Assembly (NCBI GenBank): GCA_963704655.1
Contig: OY969927.1
Span: 992,001 to 1,056,000, forward strand
Reading direction: 5' to 3'
DNA: 64,000 nucleotides
Source of the DNA: an uncultured Candidatus Babeliaceae bacterium
GTDB taxonomy: Bacteria > Babelota > Babeliae > Babelales > Babelaceae
This document shows, in pieces, positions 9,162 through 19,079 of this stretch. The position numbers and the translations under genes were made by a program. Each line of letters starts with the position of its first letter. Positions within the stretch are counted from its first letter, which is position 1. Below the pieces are notes generated by a model. The model was not told the DNA's origin. It searched no databases and worked only from the letters and a program-made list of their open reading frames with translations.

Positions 9162-9590
9162 ATGAAATTATTTAAATTATTTTTGCTTGGACTGATATCA
9201 GCAACTATAGCTCTGCATGCAGATGAAACTCATGCTCAACAAGAAAATAAGAGGCATACTGTCATTTTTCCTGGACAAACGGTATGCATTAAAGGGCATT
9301 CTCGTTATGCAATCAAAAGGGGCAATTTAACCCCAGAAGATTGGCAAAGACGCGATAAAGATCTTGCTGGGGCTCTAGGCTTAACGTATATTCAAAGTTT
9401 TGGTTATGATAAACTGTTTAAGAAACTAGGTTCATTTGGCTGCGGCCCGGTATACTTTGAAGCTAAAAACACAAGTATAGATCCAGTTCTAATTGAAGTC
9501 ATTTTAAATGAATTGAATCAATGCATTGGATATAAACTTAATTATAGCTGTTGGGATTCAACTATTACCGATATCATTATTAATAAATAA
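9162..9590 (+). CDS. Hypothetical secreted protein
   Basis: GGAGG RBS before ATG 9162; signal peptide MKLFKLFLLGLISATIALHA. Confidence 0.75.
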   Translation: MKLFKLFLLGLISATIALHADETHAQQENKRHTVIFPGQTVCIKGHSRYAIKRGNLTPEDWQRRDKDLAGALGLTYIQSFGYDKLFKKLGSFGCGPVYFEAKNTSIDPVLIEVILNELNQCIGYKLNYSCWDSTITDIIINK

Positions 9591-9599
9591 GAATTAATA

Positions 9600-9640
9600 A
9601 ATAAGAAAAAGAGGGGCGAATATCGCCCCTTTTTCTTATT
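9600..9640. terminator. Bidirectional intrinsic terminator
   Basis: AATAAGAAAAAGAGGGGCGA...TCGCCCCTTTTTCTTATT between convergent genes. Confidence 0.9.
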
Positions 9641-9648
9641 AAGCGTAA

Positions 9649-10791
9649 TTAAACTTTAATGTTATACTTACTTCTTAATTGAATTTTTTGTGGTTCCGTA
9701 GCCTCACCTTTTTTAGATACAGCCGCATTCTTTAGTTCTTCCTGGATTTCTGCGTCAAGCGCCTCAAATGCTTCCTCTTCAGTGGCAATATCGATCAACT
9801 GTTTAAGGGAAAATTGATTAATATCATCTTTATATTTCATCACCGTCTTAACAATTACCTGATCAGACATTTCTTTAAAATTTAGAGAAGCTATTTCAGG
9901 TTTTACTGTTGCTGTCTTTAATCCAGTTTTTCCAGCAGCAATTTGACCAAATAAACCGCCCTCTGCTCCAGAACCAATCGTTGTAAATGTCTTTTTAGGA
10001 AGGCCAAGAGTAGTCGCAGTAGTTCCAGGTATTATAGGTTTTACTGGTTTTTTAGTTTCTACTGGCGTTTCTTTTGGAGCTGGTGGAGTATAAGGTAACA
10101 AATTCAATGTTCTGTATTCTTTTTCACGCCATCCTTGAATTTTACTATGAAATGCTGCCTTTCTATCGAATGAATATTTATCACTTGAAATAGTATCAAC
10201 ACTTTCTTCATCATCTTTGATATTTTTTAGACTATCAGGGGATATTTTTCTATCTTTTTCTTCTTTCTTATTCTTATAATCAAGATAAGAACGCAAGTCT
10301 GATACATAATTATCTATAGCCTTTGAAATCTCTTCTTTAGTGCCATCTTTATTAAATACTAACCTAGGCAATTGGCTGCCTAACCCAAAAATGCCAGTTT
10401 TTGGCTTTGGTGAAACATCTGGCTTAGCTTCTCCGACTTTAGGTTTTTGCGGAACGACAGGCGGAGTCTTAGAAGCTGGCTTAATTTCTTTTTCTGCCCA
10501 TTCTTCTTCAGCAACACCTTCAGGTTGCTTTACTTCTTTACCAAGCTCTCTAAGCTTTTTAAGCACGTCACTTTTTCCAAGCGCGGCCTCTAAGCCTTTT
10601 TTAGGCGTTTCTTCAGGTTTAGAAGTTGGTTCACGTTTTTTTAATCTATTTATTGGATTTCTAAGATCTTCTAAAAATTTTTCTGCAGCTGATTCAAGCT
10701 GTGCCAATAAAATCTGTAATTTTAAACTTGTCTTATCTCCGGCACAAAAACTATTACCTAAAAAAAAGATCACTAATAAATATTTTTTCAA
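9649..10791 (-). CDS. Secreted protein with putative WH2/WCA actin-regulating motifs and Pro-rich segments
   Basis: TTG start with GAGGTG RBS; signal peptide; FLEDLRNPINRLKKR, GLEAALGKSDVLKKLR, AEEEW, PPVVPQKP, LFGQIAAGKTGLKTA. CDS is solid; function is inferred. Confidence 0.75.
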   Translation of the reverse strand: MKKYLLVIFFLGNSFCAGDKTSLKLQILLAQLESAAEKFLEDLRNPINRLKKREPTSKPEETPKKGLEAALGKSDVLKKLRELGKEVKQPEGVAEEEWAEKEIKPASKTPPVVPQKPKVGEAKPDVSPKPKTGIFGLGSQLPRLVFNKDGTKEEISKAIDNYVSDLRSYLDYKNKKEEKDRKISPDSLKNIKDDEESVDTISSDKYSFDRKAAFHSKIQGWREKEYRTLNLLPYTPPAPKETPVETKKPVKPIIPGTTATTLGLPKKTFTTIGSGAEGGLFGQIAAGKTGLKTATVKPEIASLNFKEMSDQVIVKTVMKYKDDINQFSLKQLIDIATEEEAFEALDAEIQEELKNAAVSKKGEATEPQKIQLRSKYNIKV

Positions 10792-10800
10792 AAGAGCACC

Positions 10801-13503
10801 TCATTTACTTGCCTCAGCCCAGCTATATCCTTCTGCTAGTGTAACTACAAGTGGTACATTCCAGTCAACAACTTGCTGCATGACTTCGCGCATGACTTTT
10901 TGTGCACGCTTTTTTTGATCTTCGCAAACGGTCACCAGCAACTCGTCATGAATCTGTAATACAATATGCGCATCAAGCTTTTCTTGCTTAAAGGCTTTAT
11001 CCAGCTTAATCATGGCAATCTTCATAAGCTCAGATTGTGTCCCTTGTGCAGGGGTATTGATAGCAATGCGGCGAGCAGCATCATAGAGTGATTTATTACG
11101 TTCATAAATTCCCGGAACATAACGACGTCTGCCCCACAGCGTTTGAACATATCCAAGCTCTTTTGTTTTTTCAACAACTGCGTCCATCCACGTTACAATA
11201 CCCGGATGCTCTTCAAAATATTTATCGATATATTTTTTTGCATCTGCAAAAGGGATATTTAAATCTTTTGAGAGTCCATATGGCGTAAGTCCATACAAGA
11301 TACTAAAGTTTATCCGTTTACCAAGTTGACGCTGTTCACGAGTTACCTGGTTTTCTGGAACATCAAAGATGCGTGCTGCTGTGTGCGTATGAATATCAAT
11401 ATTATGTTTAAATGCGTGCAAAAGCGCCGGATCTTGTGATAAATAAGCCACAACGCGAAGTTCTATCTGCGAATAGTCAGCAGAGATAAAAATATGCCCC
11501 GGGTCAGCTTTAAAAGCGCTCCGGATATGCAGCTGTTTATCGCCTTCAACCATCGTAGGAATATTTTGTAAATTCGGGTCTGAACTTGAAAGTCTACCGG
11601 TGGCAACCAATGTTTGATTAAATGTCGTATGAATTTTGCCCGTTTTTGGATTAATCCACTGGCGCAAACCTTCGATATACGTGCTTTTAAGCTTTGCAAG
11701 TTCACGGTATTTAATAATAAGTGCCGGAACCGGATGAATAAGCGCAAGCTCTTCAAGAACCTCTTGGTCTGTTGAATAACTTGCACGTGAAGTTGTTTTT
11801 TTTGACGTTGGTAACTTTAAATGCTCAAAAAGAAGCTCTTTAAGCTGCTGGGGCGAATTGAGATTAATAGCAAAAAATTGTTGTCCAATTAAGGCAATAA
11901 TTTCATCATGAATTTTTTCTAAATCACGCGTAACACGGGTATTAAGCTCATCAAGCACTTTTGTATCACAAATAATGCCATATTGTTCCATTTCAAATAA
12001 AATAGAAACTATCGGCAATTCTATATCGTTATACAGCGATAATAATTTTTCTGATTCAAGCTCTTTTTTTAATACCGTAACAAGCTTTAACGTTTGATGC
12101 GCATCGGCGGCTGCATATTCAGTTGCAAGCTCTAATGGCACATGCGAAAAGTCTTTAAACTTATTTTTTTTAACAATATCATCGAAACTCAACATGGGCT
12201 CATTAAAATAGGTTTCTGAAAGCACCTTAAGACCAATTCGCTCATTGTCTTTACGCAACAGGCTCGCGGCAACAAGTGTGTCAAAATCAAGTCCATTAAT
12301 GCCAATGCCTGCATTGGCCAAAATATGCATATCAAACTTTGCATGATGAAAATATTTTTTTATCTTCGCGTCTGCAAAAACAGGCTTAAAGGCATCTAAA
12401 ACTTCTTGTTGAGAAAGTTCACCTTTATGCACATGATCAAATGGGATATAGTATGCTTTTCCAGGCTTAGTCGCAACAGAAAGTCCCACTAAACGTGCTT
12501 GGCTCACGGTTATGCCATCTGTTTCGGTATCGATTGACACGGCACCTTCTTGTTTAATCTCTTGTATTACTTGATGCAACGTTGTTGAATCAGTAACGGT
12601 AAGATATTCTGCATGTGGTTTATATTCTCGTTTTTCAGTAACAACAGTTTGTCCGCCTGGCAGCTCTTTAAGTAATGATTTAAAATCATATTTATCAAAA
12701 AATCCGCGCGCTAATTGCCAATCTGCAGGAGAAAAACTGAGATCTTTTTCAGACAAGTGTAAATCTATATAAAGTAATGAGAAAAGCTGTTCACTTAAAA
12801 AAGCTTCTTGCTGTGACGCTTTAAGCAGATCACGCGTGCGTTCTTTTGGTACCTCTTGAATTCGCTCATACAAGTCTTTAAGGGAATCAAATTGCTGCAC
12901 TAAATCTGTTGCGCCTTTTGGGCCAATACCCCGAACGCCGGGTATATTATCTGAGCTATCGCCACATAATGCAAAATAAAAGGGTAATTTTTCTATAGGA
13001 AAACCATAGCGAGTTTCTATTGCAGCTTTATCGAAAGTTTCTTGCTTAAAAGCGTCATATAAAACGATATTACCATCAACAGCTTGGCCGAGATCTTTAT
13101 CTGTTGTTATAAGAACTACTTTGTAGCCTTTTTTTGCAAAATCACGTGCGATACTATAGAGCAAATCATCAGCCTCATAACCACTTTTTTCAACTTGCGG
13201 TAAATGAATCTGGCCCGCAAAATCTTGAATTATAAACTTCTGATCAAAAAGATGCATCGGCGCAGCTTGACGTGTCTCTTTATACTCTTTATACATTTCA
13301 TGGCGCTGTGTTGGCCCTTTACTGTCCCACACCAAAGCCAGATGCTCGGGATTAAAGGTGTCGATAATTTTTTTAACCATGCGACAAAAGCCGTATACGG
13401 CACCAACATGAGTTCCTGATGGCGTTAACATGGGCTTAAGTGCATAAAAAGCTCTATATAAAAATGAAGAACCGTCAATAAGATAAATTGTTTTTTTATT
13501 CAT
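10801..13503 (-). CDS. polA: DNA polymerase I
   Basis: LIDGSSFLYRAF 5'-nuclease, DTETD 3'-5' exo, DYSQIELR and LQIHDEL polymerase motifs; start reset to MNKKTIY. Confidence 0.98.
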   Translation of the reverse strand: MNKKTIYLIDGSSFLYRAFYALKPMLTPSGTHVGAVYGFCRMVKKIIDTFNPEHLALVWDSKGPTQRHEMYKEYKETRQAAPMHLFDQKFIIQDFAGQIHLPQVEKSGYEADDLLYSIARDFAKKGYKVVLITTDKDLGQAVDGNIVLYDAFKQETFDKAAIETRYGFPIEKLPFYFALCGDSSDNIPGVRGIGPKGATDLVQQFDSLKDLYERIQEVPKERTRDLLKASQQEAFLSEQLFSLLYIDLHLSEKDLSFSPADWQLARGFFDKYDFKSLLKELPGGQTVVTEKREYKPHAEYLTVTDSTTLHQVIQEIKQEGAVSIDTETDGITVSQARLVGLSVATKPGKAYYIPFDHVHKGELSQQEVLDAFKPVFADAKIKKYFHHAKFDMHILANAGIGINGLDFDTLVAASLLRKDNERIGLKVLSETYFNEPMLSFDDIVKKNKFKDFSHVPLELATEYAAADAHQTLKLVTVLKKELESEKLLSLYNDIELPIVSILFEMEQYGIICDTKVLDELNTRVTRDLEKIHDEIIALIGQQFFAINLNSPQQLKELLFEHLKLPTSKKTTSRASYSTDQEVLEELALIHPVPALIIKYRELAKLKSTYIEGLRQWINPKTGKIHTTFNQTLVATGRLSSSDPNLQNIPTMVEGDKQLHIRSAFKADPGHIFISADYSQIELRVVAYLSQDPALLHAFKHNIDIHTHTAARIFDVPENQVTREQRQLGKRINFSILYGLTPYGLSKDLNIPFADAKKYIDKYFEEHPGIVTWMDAVVEKTKELGYVQTLWGRRRYVPGIYERNKSLYDAARRIAINTPAQGTQSELMKIAMIKLDKAFKQEKLDAHIVLQIHDELLVTVCEDQKKRAQKVMREVMQQVVDWNVPLVVTLAEGYSWAEASK

Positions 13504-13642
13504 AATATTCCTGCTTAGTATAGTATCTATTACCATAGGCAAATATCGAGAAACAATCAACAACTATTGCAAAATAATGAAAAATAGTAGATTTTTATCT
13601 TAATGAGAGATTTAACTTTTAAAAATTAAGTGGGTAGCTTTT

Positions 13643-14353
13643 ATGAAAAACAAAAAATTTCTTATAACACTTTTTGTAGTACTTTTTGTATCAATCAATC
13701 ATACCTATGCTATGGCCCCAGAAAGCCACACTGGTTCAGATGAGTCAATAATGGAGTTAACTAAAAATAGTCATGGGGGCTCTGATGATTCAATACAAGA
13801 ATTGAGAGATATTCTTAGAACGAGTATACCATTTGACGATGACGATGACGATACTAAGCTCAATAAACGACTTCCAAGAAATTCCATGGAAGACATCATG
13901 GATGAAATCAATAAAGAAACCATAACTTTTAAAAAAAACTTTAAAAAAACAACCTTGAGCCCTGATGCAACTATTGCATTGCGAACTGCCCCCGACCCAC
14001 GCTTTACACAGATAACGTTACATCATTACCGCCTTGAAATAGATGACAAACAAAAACTGCAACTCATCATAGATGAAGAGGCTCAAAAAGATGCTAACAT
14101 TAAAAAATTAAATGAAAATTTCGAACTCCTTCGCACCGCATGCATAGCAACACTATTCCTACAAACAAATGATGGAACGAAAAATCCATTCTTAGAAAGC
14201 CTTATAAGACAATGCAAATTTTTGTTCCAAGATATAAATAAGCTGCCGAAAGATCCAAAAAAAAGGCGTACGGCAAAGGATGATATTCATAAAAAGCATA
14301 TTTTCCCCGCAGTTGAAATACTCGAAGCGGCCTTAAAAAAAGGTTCAGAGTAA
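13643..14353 (+). CDS. Hypothetical secreted protein
   Basis: Signal peptide ending HTYA-M; tandem 15-aa repeat; acidic run; PKKRR basic cluster. Confidence 0.75.
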   Translation: MKNKKFLITLFVVLFVSINHTYAMAPESHTGSDESIMELTKNSHGGSDDSIQELRDILRTSIPFDDDDDDTKLNKRLPRNSMEDIMDEINKETITFKKNFKKTTLSPDATIALRTAPDPRFTQITLHHYRLEIDDKQKLQLIIDEEAQKDANIKKLNENFELLRTACIATLFLQTNDGTKNPFLESLIRQCKFLFQDINKLPKDPKKRRTAKDDIHKKHIFPAVEILEAALKKGSE

Positions 14354-14495
14354 AATACCAACCCCGCAATATTAATTTCTCTTACAAAATTAAACCATTG
14401 CTTTTCACCCCATAATTATTGTTAACTATATAGTGCATAAACGTACTGCTTTAGTAAGCATTATATTTAAAATATTGTTCTCGGGGGGGAAATTC

Positions 14496-15260
14496 GTGGA
14501 ACATTTAAAAACATTACTCTTTATTTTTTATTGCATATCATGCATTAATATCACTCATGCGCTTAATAACGAAGATAAATCACCCAGATCTCTAATAAGA
14601 TCATTTTTTGGTAGATCATCATCCTCAACTTTTAGCCCACTTGCTTCACCGAGCCCAGTTACCTCACCACGGTCTCCACTTGTAGCACCGCTTAAAGATT
14701 GCACGCTTGATATTACAGAAATTCCTGAACCGGTTAATAATCAAGACCTGGTTGAATATTTGGAATTATTTGGGGTCTTTGCTCAAGTTTTTCATATATC
14801 TAAAAATGTCATTATTCTACCAAAAGCTACAATAACAGATCTAAATTTAATTACTCCTGAGTTATTAAAAACTGATCTTGGTGATATTAGCGGAAGCGAT
14901 ATCTACGATGCCATGAAAAGAAACATTTCGGAAGTAAAACAAAAAGCACCATTAGTTTATAAAGCCTACCTGGCTCAATCTATCAGAAAAAAACTTTTAG
15001 TATTCGAAGCTGATCCTATTAATCCAAAGCCTGAACTAAAAGAACAAAGTGCGAAATTATTACAATTTCTTGCAGATCAGCAAGAGTTACAAACTCTTCG
15101 TCCTAAACTTGAAACGATATCAAATTGGATATCGAAAAAGGCTGTTTTTGATGAACAAACAGCGCACGATCTAGAAATAGAGCTTCTCGAAGGAGATATA
15201 CATGATCTACTAGATTTTTATCGAGGACTCTGCATCGTCAAACCATGCAAAGAGAAATAA
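14496..15260 (+). CDS. Hypothetical secreted protein with Ser/Pro-rich N-terminus
   Basis: G-rich RBS before GTG 14496; signal peptide ending ITHA. Confidence 0.7.
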   Translation: MEHLKTLLFIFYCISCINITHALNNEDKSPRSLIRSFFGRSSSSTFSPLASPSPVTSPRSPLVAPLKDCTLDITEIPEPVNNQDLVEYLELFGVFAQVFHISKNVIILPKATITDLNLITPELLKTDLGDISGSDIYDAMKRNISEVKQKAPLVYKAYLAQSIRKKLLVFEADPINPKPELKEQSAKLLQFLADQQELQTLRPKLETISNWISKKAVFDEQTAHDLEIELLEGDIHDLLDFYRGLCIVKPCKEK

Positions 15261-15360
15261 TTCAGCCTATATGCTTATATAATAGCCTTTTTAAATCAAA
15301 CAGTTTTCTCTTTAAGATTCTTGTGCTATACTAAAAAAACATTAATCTAAAGGGCTTTTT

Positions 15361-16089
15361 ATGAAAAAAATACTAATTGCAATACTTGCAACATTTACAC
15401 TCACAACACTTCAAGCGGCTGAAACCTCAACCAAAGCGCCCAAGGGCCCGCTTAGGGACCGCAGGATCCAAGCGCTCACTGGTGGAGAACTTACGCCCTT
15501 AAATACGGCAGCACGTGCAACGAAAGTACGTCAGCCTGAATTTTGTGAATGGGCAATGAGATACCTCGAACAAGATGCTAATACTTCAACTGACTATATT
15601 GCTTTGGATTTTTTTCCAGGAGTACATACTTATTTGGACCAAGATAACATTACAATAACCCCTCCGACCATAGAAAAAACCCCCGAGGGATCAACGCCTC
15701 CAGCCACAGATTTTATTTCCAAAGGCTATTCTGATGCCAGATTATTGGGTAAGCTTACGCCGGAAGACAATGAAAAGTTATATGCATTTGCTGCACTTAT
15801 CTGCCTAAAAAATGCTCTTGCACAGCCTTATAAACCTTTTAATTATTCTAGAATAGCTTCAGTGATAACAACAAAGAAAGGCTCTGGCAGCAAAAAAGCT
15901 TTTTCTCCAGCTATTTGTGATATAGCAGTGCTATGCAAATCAATGGCTCTTTATTCAAGCGAGACAAATACCAAGCGCACACAGGGTAAATTAAAAGAAA
16001 TATATAACCAGTACGTTCCAGAGGTTCGTGCAATATTATCTAAAGTGGGATATACGCAGTCTCCAATTGATCTTACGCCAATAAAGTGA
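15361..16089 (+). CDS. Hypothetical secreted protein
   Basis: Signal peptide MKKILIAILATFTLTTLQA; stop overlaps next start. Confidence 0.75.
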   Translation: MKKILIAILATFTLTTLQAAETSTKAPKGPLRDRRIQALTGGELTPLNTAARATKVRQPEFCEWAMRYLEQDANTSTDYIALDFFPGVHTYLDQDNITITPPTIEKTPEGSTPPATDFISKGYSDARLLGKLTPEDNEKLYAFAALICLKNALAQPYKPFNYSRIASVITTKKGSGSKKAFSPAICDIAVLCKSMALYSSETNTKRTQGKLKEIYNQYVPEVRAILSKVGYTQSPIDLTPIK

Positions 16090-17105
16090 TCCACAAAGTA
16101 TCTATTCAGGATTTTCTCAAGCAAAAAGAGAATTTCCCCATCATAGATGTGCGGGCACCACAAGAATATCTTCATGCACATATTCCAGGGGCACATAGCG
16201 TGCCCCTATTTTCTGACCAGGCACGCGCACAAATTGGCACACTTTATAAACACCAAGGTAAAGAGGCTGCAATAAAACTCGGGCTCACCCTTGTCGGCCC
16301 CAGGCTGCACGAACTGGTTGAAGCAGTTGACTCTATTGCGCCTAATAAAATAGTGCGCCTACACTGTTGGCGCGGGGGCATGCGCAGCGCAAGCTTTGCC
16401 TGGCTTTTAAGCCTGAGCGGTTACACCGTATATCTTCTTGAAGGTGGCTATAAAGAGTATCGCGCCTTCATCCGGCAACAATTTCAAAAAAACTATAACA
16501 TTATCACCATCAGTGGCAAAACCGGGTCAGGCAAAACAGACTTTTTAAAAACATTGGCCACACTCGGATACCACGTTATTGATCTTGAAAATTTAGCAAA
16601 CCATAAAGGCTCTGTCTTTGGTCATCTTGGACTTGATAACCAGCCGACACAAGAAGCGTTTGAAAATAAACTCAGCCTAGCGCTTTATGGACATGATGCA
16701 AATGAGCCACTTTTTGTAGAAAAAGAGAGCCGCCGCATCGGGCAACTGTTAGTGCCCGATGCTTTTTTCGAACAATTAAAAACGGCGCCACCACTAACCA
16801 TACAAATTCCTACCGAACAACGCATTGAACGTATTATGCGTGATTATGGCGCTGCCGATAAACAGGCACTTATTGCTGCAATAAAAAAAATAGAAAAACA
16901 TCTTGGTGGAGCACTCTGCAAAACTATTATTACCCAGATTGAAGAAAATAATTATCAAGAAGCTATTATCCATCTTTTAGAGTATTATGATAAGTACTAT
17001 GGGGAAAATCCCCATGAGCTATCACCCGTACTGGACCCATCGGTAAAAGATAGCCAAGAAATAAAAAATTTTATAACAAAATTCTTAGCAGATAACTCTA
17101 TATAG
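16086..17105 (+). CDS. mnmH: tRNA 2-selenouridine/geranyl-2-thiouridine synthase
   Basis: Rhodanese domain (IDVRAP, HIPGA, CWRGGMRS) plus P-loop GKTGSGKT and DLENLANHKGSVFG. Confidence 0.93.
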   Translation: MIHKVSIQDFLKQKENFPIIDVRAPQEYLHAHIPGAHSVPLFSDQARAQIGTLYKHQGKEAAIKLGLTLVGPRLHELVEAVDSIAPNKIVRLHCWRGGMRSASFAWLLSLSGYTVYLLEGGYKEYRAFIRQQFQKNYNIITISGKTGSGKTDFLKTLATLGYHVIDLENLANHKGSVFGHLGLDNQPTQEAFENKLSLALYGHDANEPLFVEKESRRIGQLLVPDAFFEQLKTAPPLTIQIPTEQRIERIMRDYGAADKQALIAAIKKIEKHLGGALCKTIITQIEENNYQEAIIHLLEYYDKYYGENPHELSPVLDPSVKDSQEIKNFITKFLADNSI

Positions 17106-19079
17106 ATGTATATTACCGTTAAACTCTTAAATGGTTTTCAACAACAACTTACCTATAAAGTTCCAAACGCATGGGACAATAAACCACATGTTTCGGATAT
17201 TATTAGCGTGCCGCTGCAAAAGCGTAAAGAGCTTGCCTATATAACCAACATTCTTGAAGATTTTGATCCATCGCAAGAAAATTTTAAAATTAAAGACGCG
17301 CTTGAACAGCAGCCTTTACCTAACGACCCAACATACAAAACTTTTATTCAACAACTTGCCCGCTATTATTGCGTAAGCGAGTTAAGCTTTTATAAGCGTT
17401 TTGCGCAGTACCTTGAAGAACCACACGATTCAGATGATATCTTTCAGCTGGGTGAAATGGCGCGGCAAAATAACCTCACATTAACACCTGCACAGCAGCA
17501 CGTTGCGCAAGAAATAGACGCTGTTTTTGAAAAAAAAGAGTTTCAGCCAATTTTATTGCACGGTGTTACCGGCTCAGGAAAGACTGAAATTTATAAACAT
17601 GCTGCAGAAAAAATTATTGCCCAGGGAAATAACGTATTATTGTTACTCCCAGAAGTTTCTTTAGCCGTGCGCTTTACGCAGATATTTAAAGAGTATTTTA
17701 AAGATACTGCGCCGGTTTTTAGCTTTCATAGTGCAACCAGTAAGTCAGAAAAAAAGGCGCTCTGGCAACATATGTACACCAACAAGCCCGCAATTATTAT
17801 CGGCGTGCATTTGCCACTTTTGCTACCCATCCCGCGTTTAGGATGCATAATAATTGACGAAGAGCACGATGTTGGCTACCAAGAAAAAAAGATTCCCCGA
17901 ATACACACAAAAGAAGCTGCGCTCATGCGCGCAAGTTTTATGAAAATTCCGGTAATTTTAGGTTCTGCGACGCCTTCTATCAGTTCGCTCTATAACGTTG
18001 AGCATAAAGGCTGGAAGCTGTTACAGCTGACCGAACGGTTTCGTGGCGCCTTTCCCAAGGTACAAATTGTTCAACTTGATAAAAAAAATAAACAGAATTT
18101 TTGGATCAGCCCAGAATTGCAGCAGGCAATTCAAGATCGATTAGCGCGCAAAGAACAGGCGATTATATTTTTAAATCGCCGCGGTTACAGCTTTTTTGTG
18201 CAATGTTTTGGTTGTGATTTTATCTTTAACTGCACCACCTGCTCGGTAAGTTTAACGTTTCATGAGCCGAATATTCTCGCGTGCCACTATTGCGGCATCA
18301 AAAAAAATTTACCGTCTGCGTGCCCAAGCTGCAAAGAACCAGAAAAACAGTTTTTAAAAAAAGGTATTGGCACACAACAGGTTGTCACCATTTTGCAAAA
18401 GCTTTTCCCACAAGCAGCTATTGCGCGAGCAGATTTAGATAGCACCGTTAATAAAAAAAAGTGGCAACAGATTGTTGACGATATGCATAATAAAAAAATC
18501 GATATCTTGGTCGGCACCCAAACAATTACCAAAGGATACCATTTTCCGAGTGTGACGCTGGTAGGCATTTTATGGGCAGACAGTAATATCCATTTTCCCT
18601 TTTATGCAGCTGCTGAAACAACACTGTGCCAACTTATTCAAGTTGCAGGACGCGCGGGGCGCGAAACTCAAAACGGGTTAGTAATTATGCAGACAATTAC
18701 CCAGCACCCGATATTTTCGTACATCAATGAAGAAAATTATTGCAAATTTTATGAATACGAACGCGCCTATCGCCAGGAACTACGTTATCCACCCTATGTC
18801 CGTTTTGCAGAAATCGAGTTCAGGCACGAAAACGAACAAACTGTTGCTCGTGATGCACTTACTTGTGCTGAGTTTCTTGAAAAACTTAGTCTTGAACAGA
18901 AAAAAGATCTTATCATCCTGGGCCCAGCACAACCTATGGTGCACAAGATCCAAAATATCTTTATTCAGAAAATATATATAAAAAGTGAATCGATAAAAGA
19001 TATTATCTTTGCATACCACCAGATTACCCGCCTACCCATTGCGAGCAAACACTATTTCACACCTAATCCATTAAATTAA
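17106..19079 (+). CDS. priA: Primosomal protein N' (replication restart helicase)
   Basis: GVTGSGKT, DEEH, SATPS, two Zn-binding Cys clusters, QVAGRAGR. Confidence 0.97.
   Translation: MYITVKLLNGFQQQLTYKVPNAWDNKPHVSDIISVPLQKRKELAYITNILEDFDPSQENFKIKDALEQQPLPNDPTYKTFIQQLARYYCVSELSFYKRFAQYLEEPHDSDDIFQLGEMARQNNLTLTPAQQHVAQEIDAVFEKKEFQPILLHGVTGSGKTEIYKHAAEKIIAQGNNVLLLLPEVSLAVRFTQIFKEYFKDTAPVFSFHSATSKSEKKALWQHMYTNKPAIIIGVHLPLLLPIPRLGCIIIDEEHDVGYQEKKIPRIHTKEAALMRASFMKIPVILGSATPSISSLYNVEHKGWKLLQLTERFRGAFPKVQIVQLDKKNKQNFWISPELQQAIQDRLARKEQAIIFLNRRGYSFFVQCFGCDFIFNCTTCSVSLTFHEPNILACHYCGIKKNLPSACPSCKEPEKQFLKKGIGTQQVVTILQKLFPQAAIARADLDSTVNKKKWQQIVDDMHNKKIDILVGTQTITKGYHFPSVTLVGILWADSNIHFPFYAAAETTLCQLIQVAGRAGRETQNGLVIMQTITQHPIFSYINEENYCKFYEYERAYRQELRYPPYVRFAEIEFRHENEQTVARDALTCAEFLEKLSLEQKKDLIILGPAQPMVHKIQNIFIQKIYIKSESIKDIIFAYHQITRLPIASKHYFTPNPLN

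Noticed and set aside
10340-10918. 192-aa plus-strand ORF
   Set aside because: Antisense to two well-supported genes; no RBS or recognisable domain
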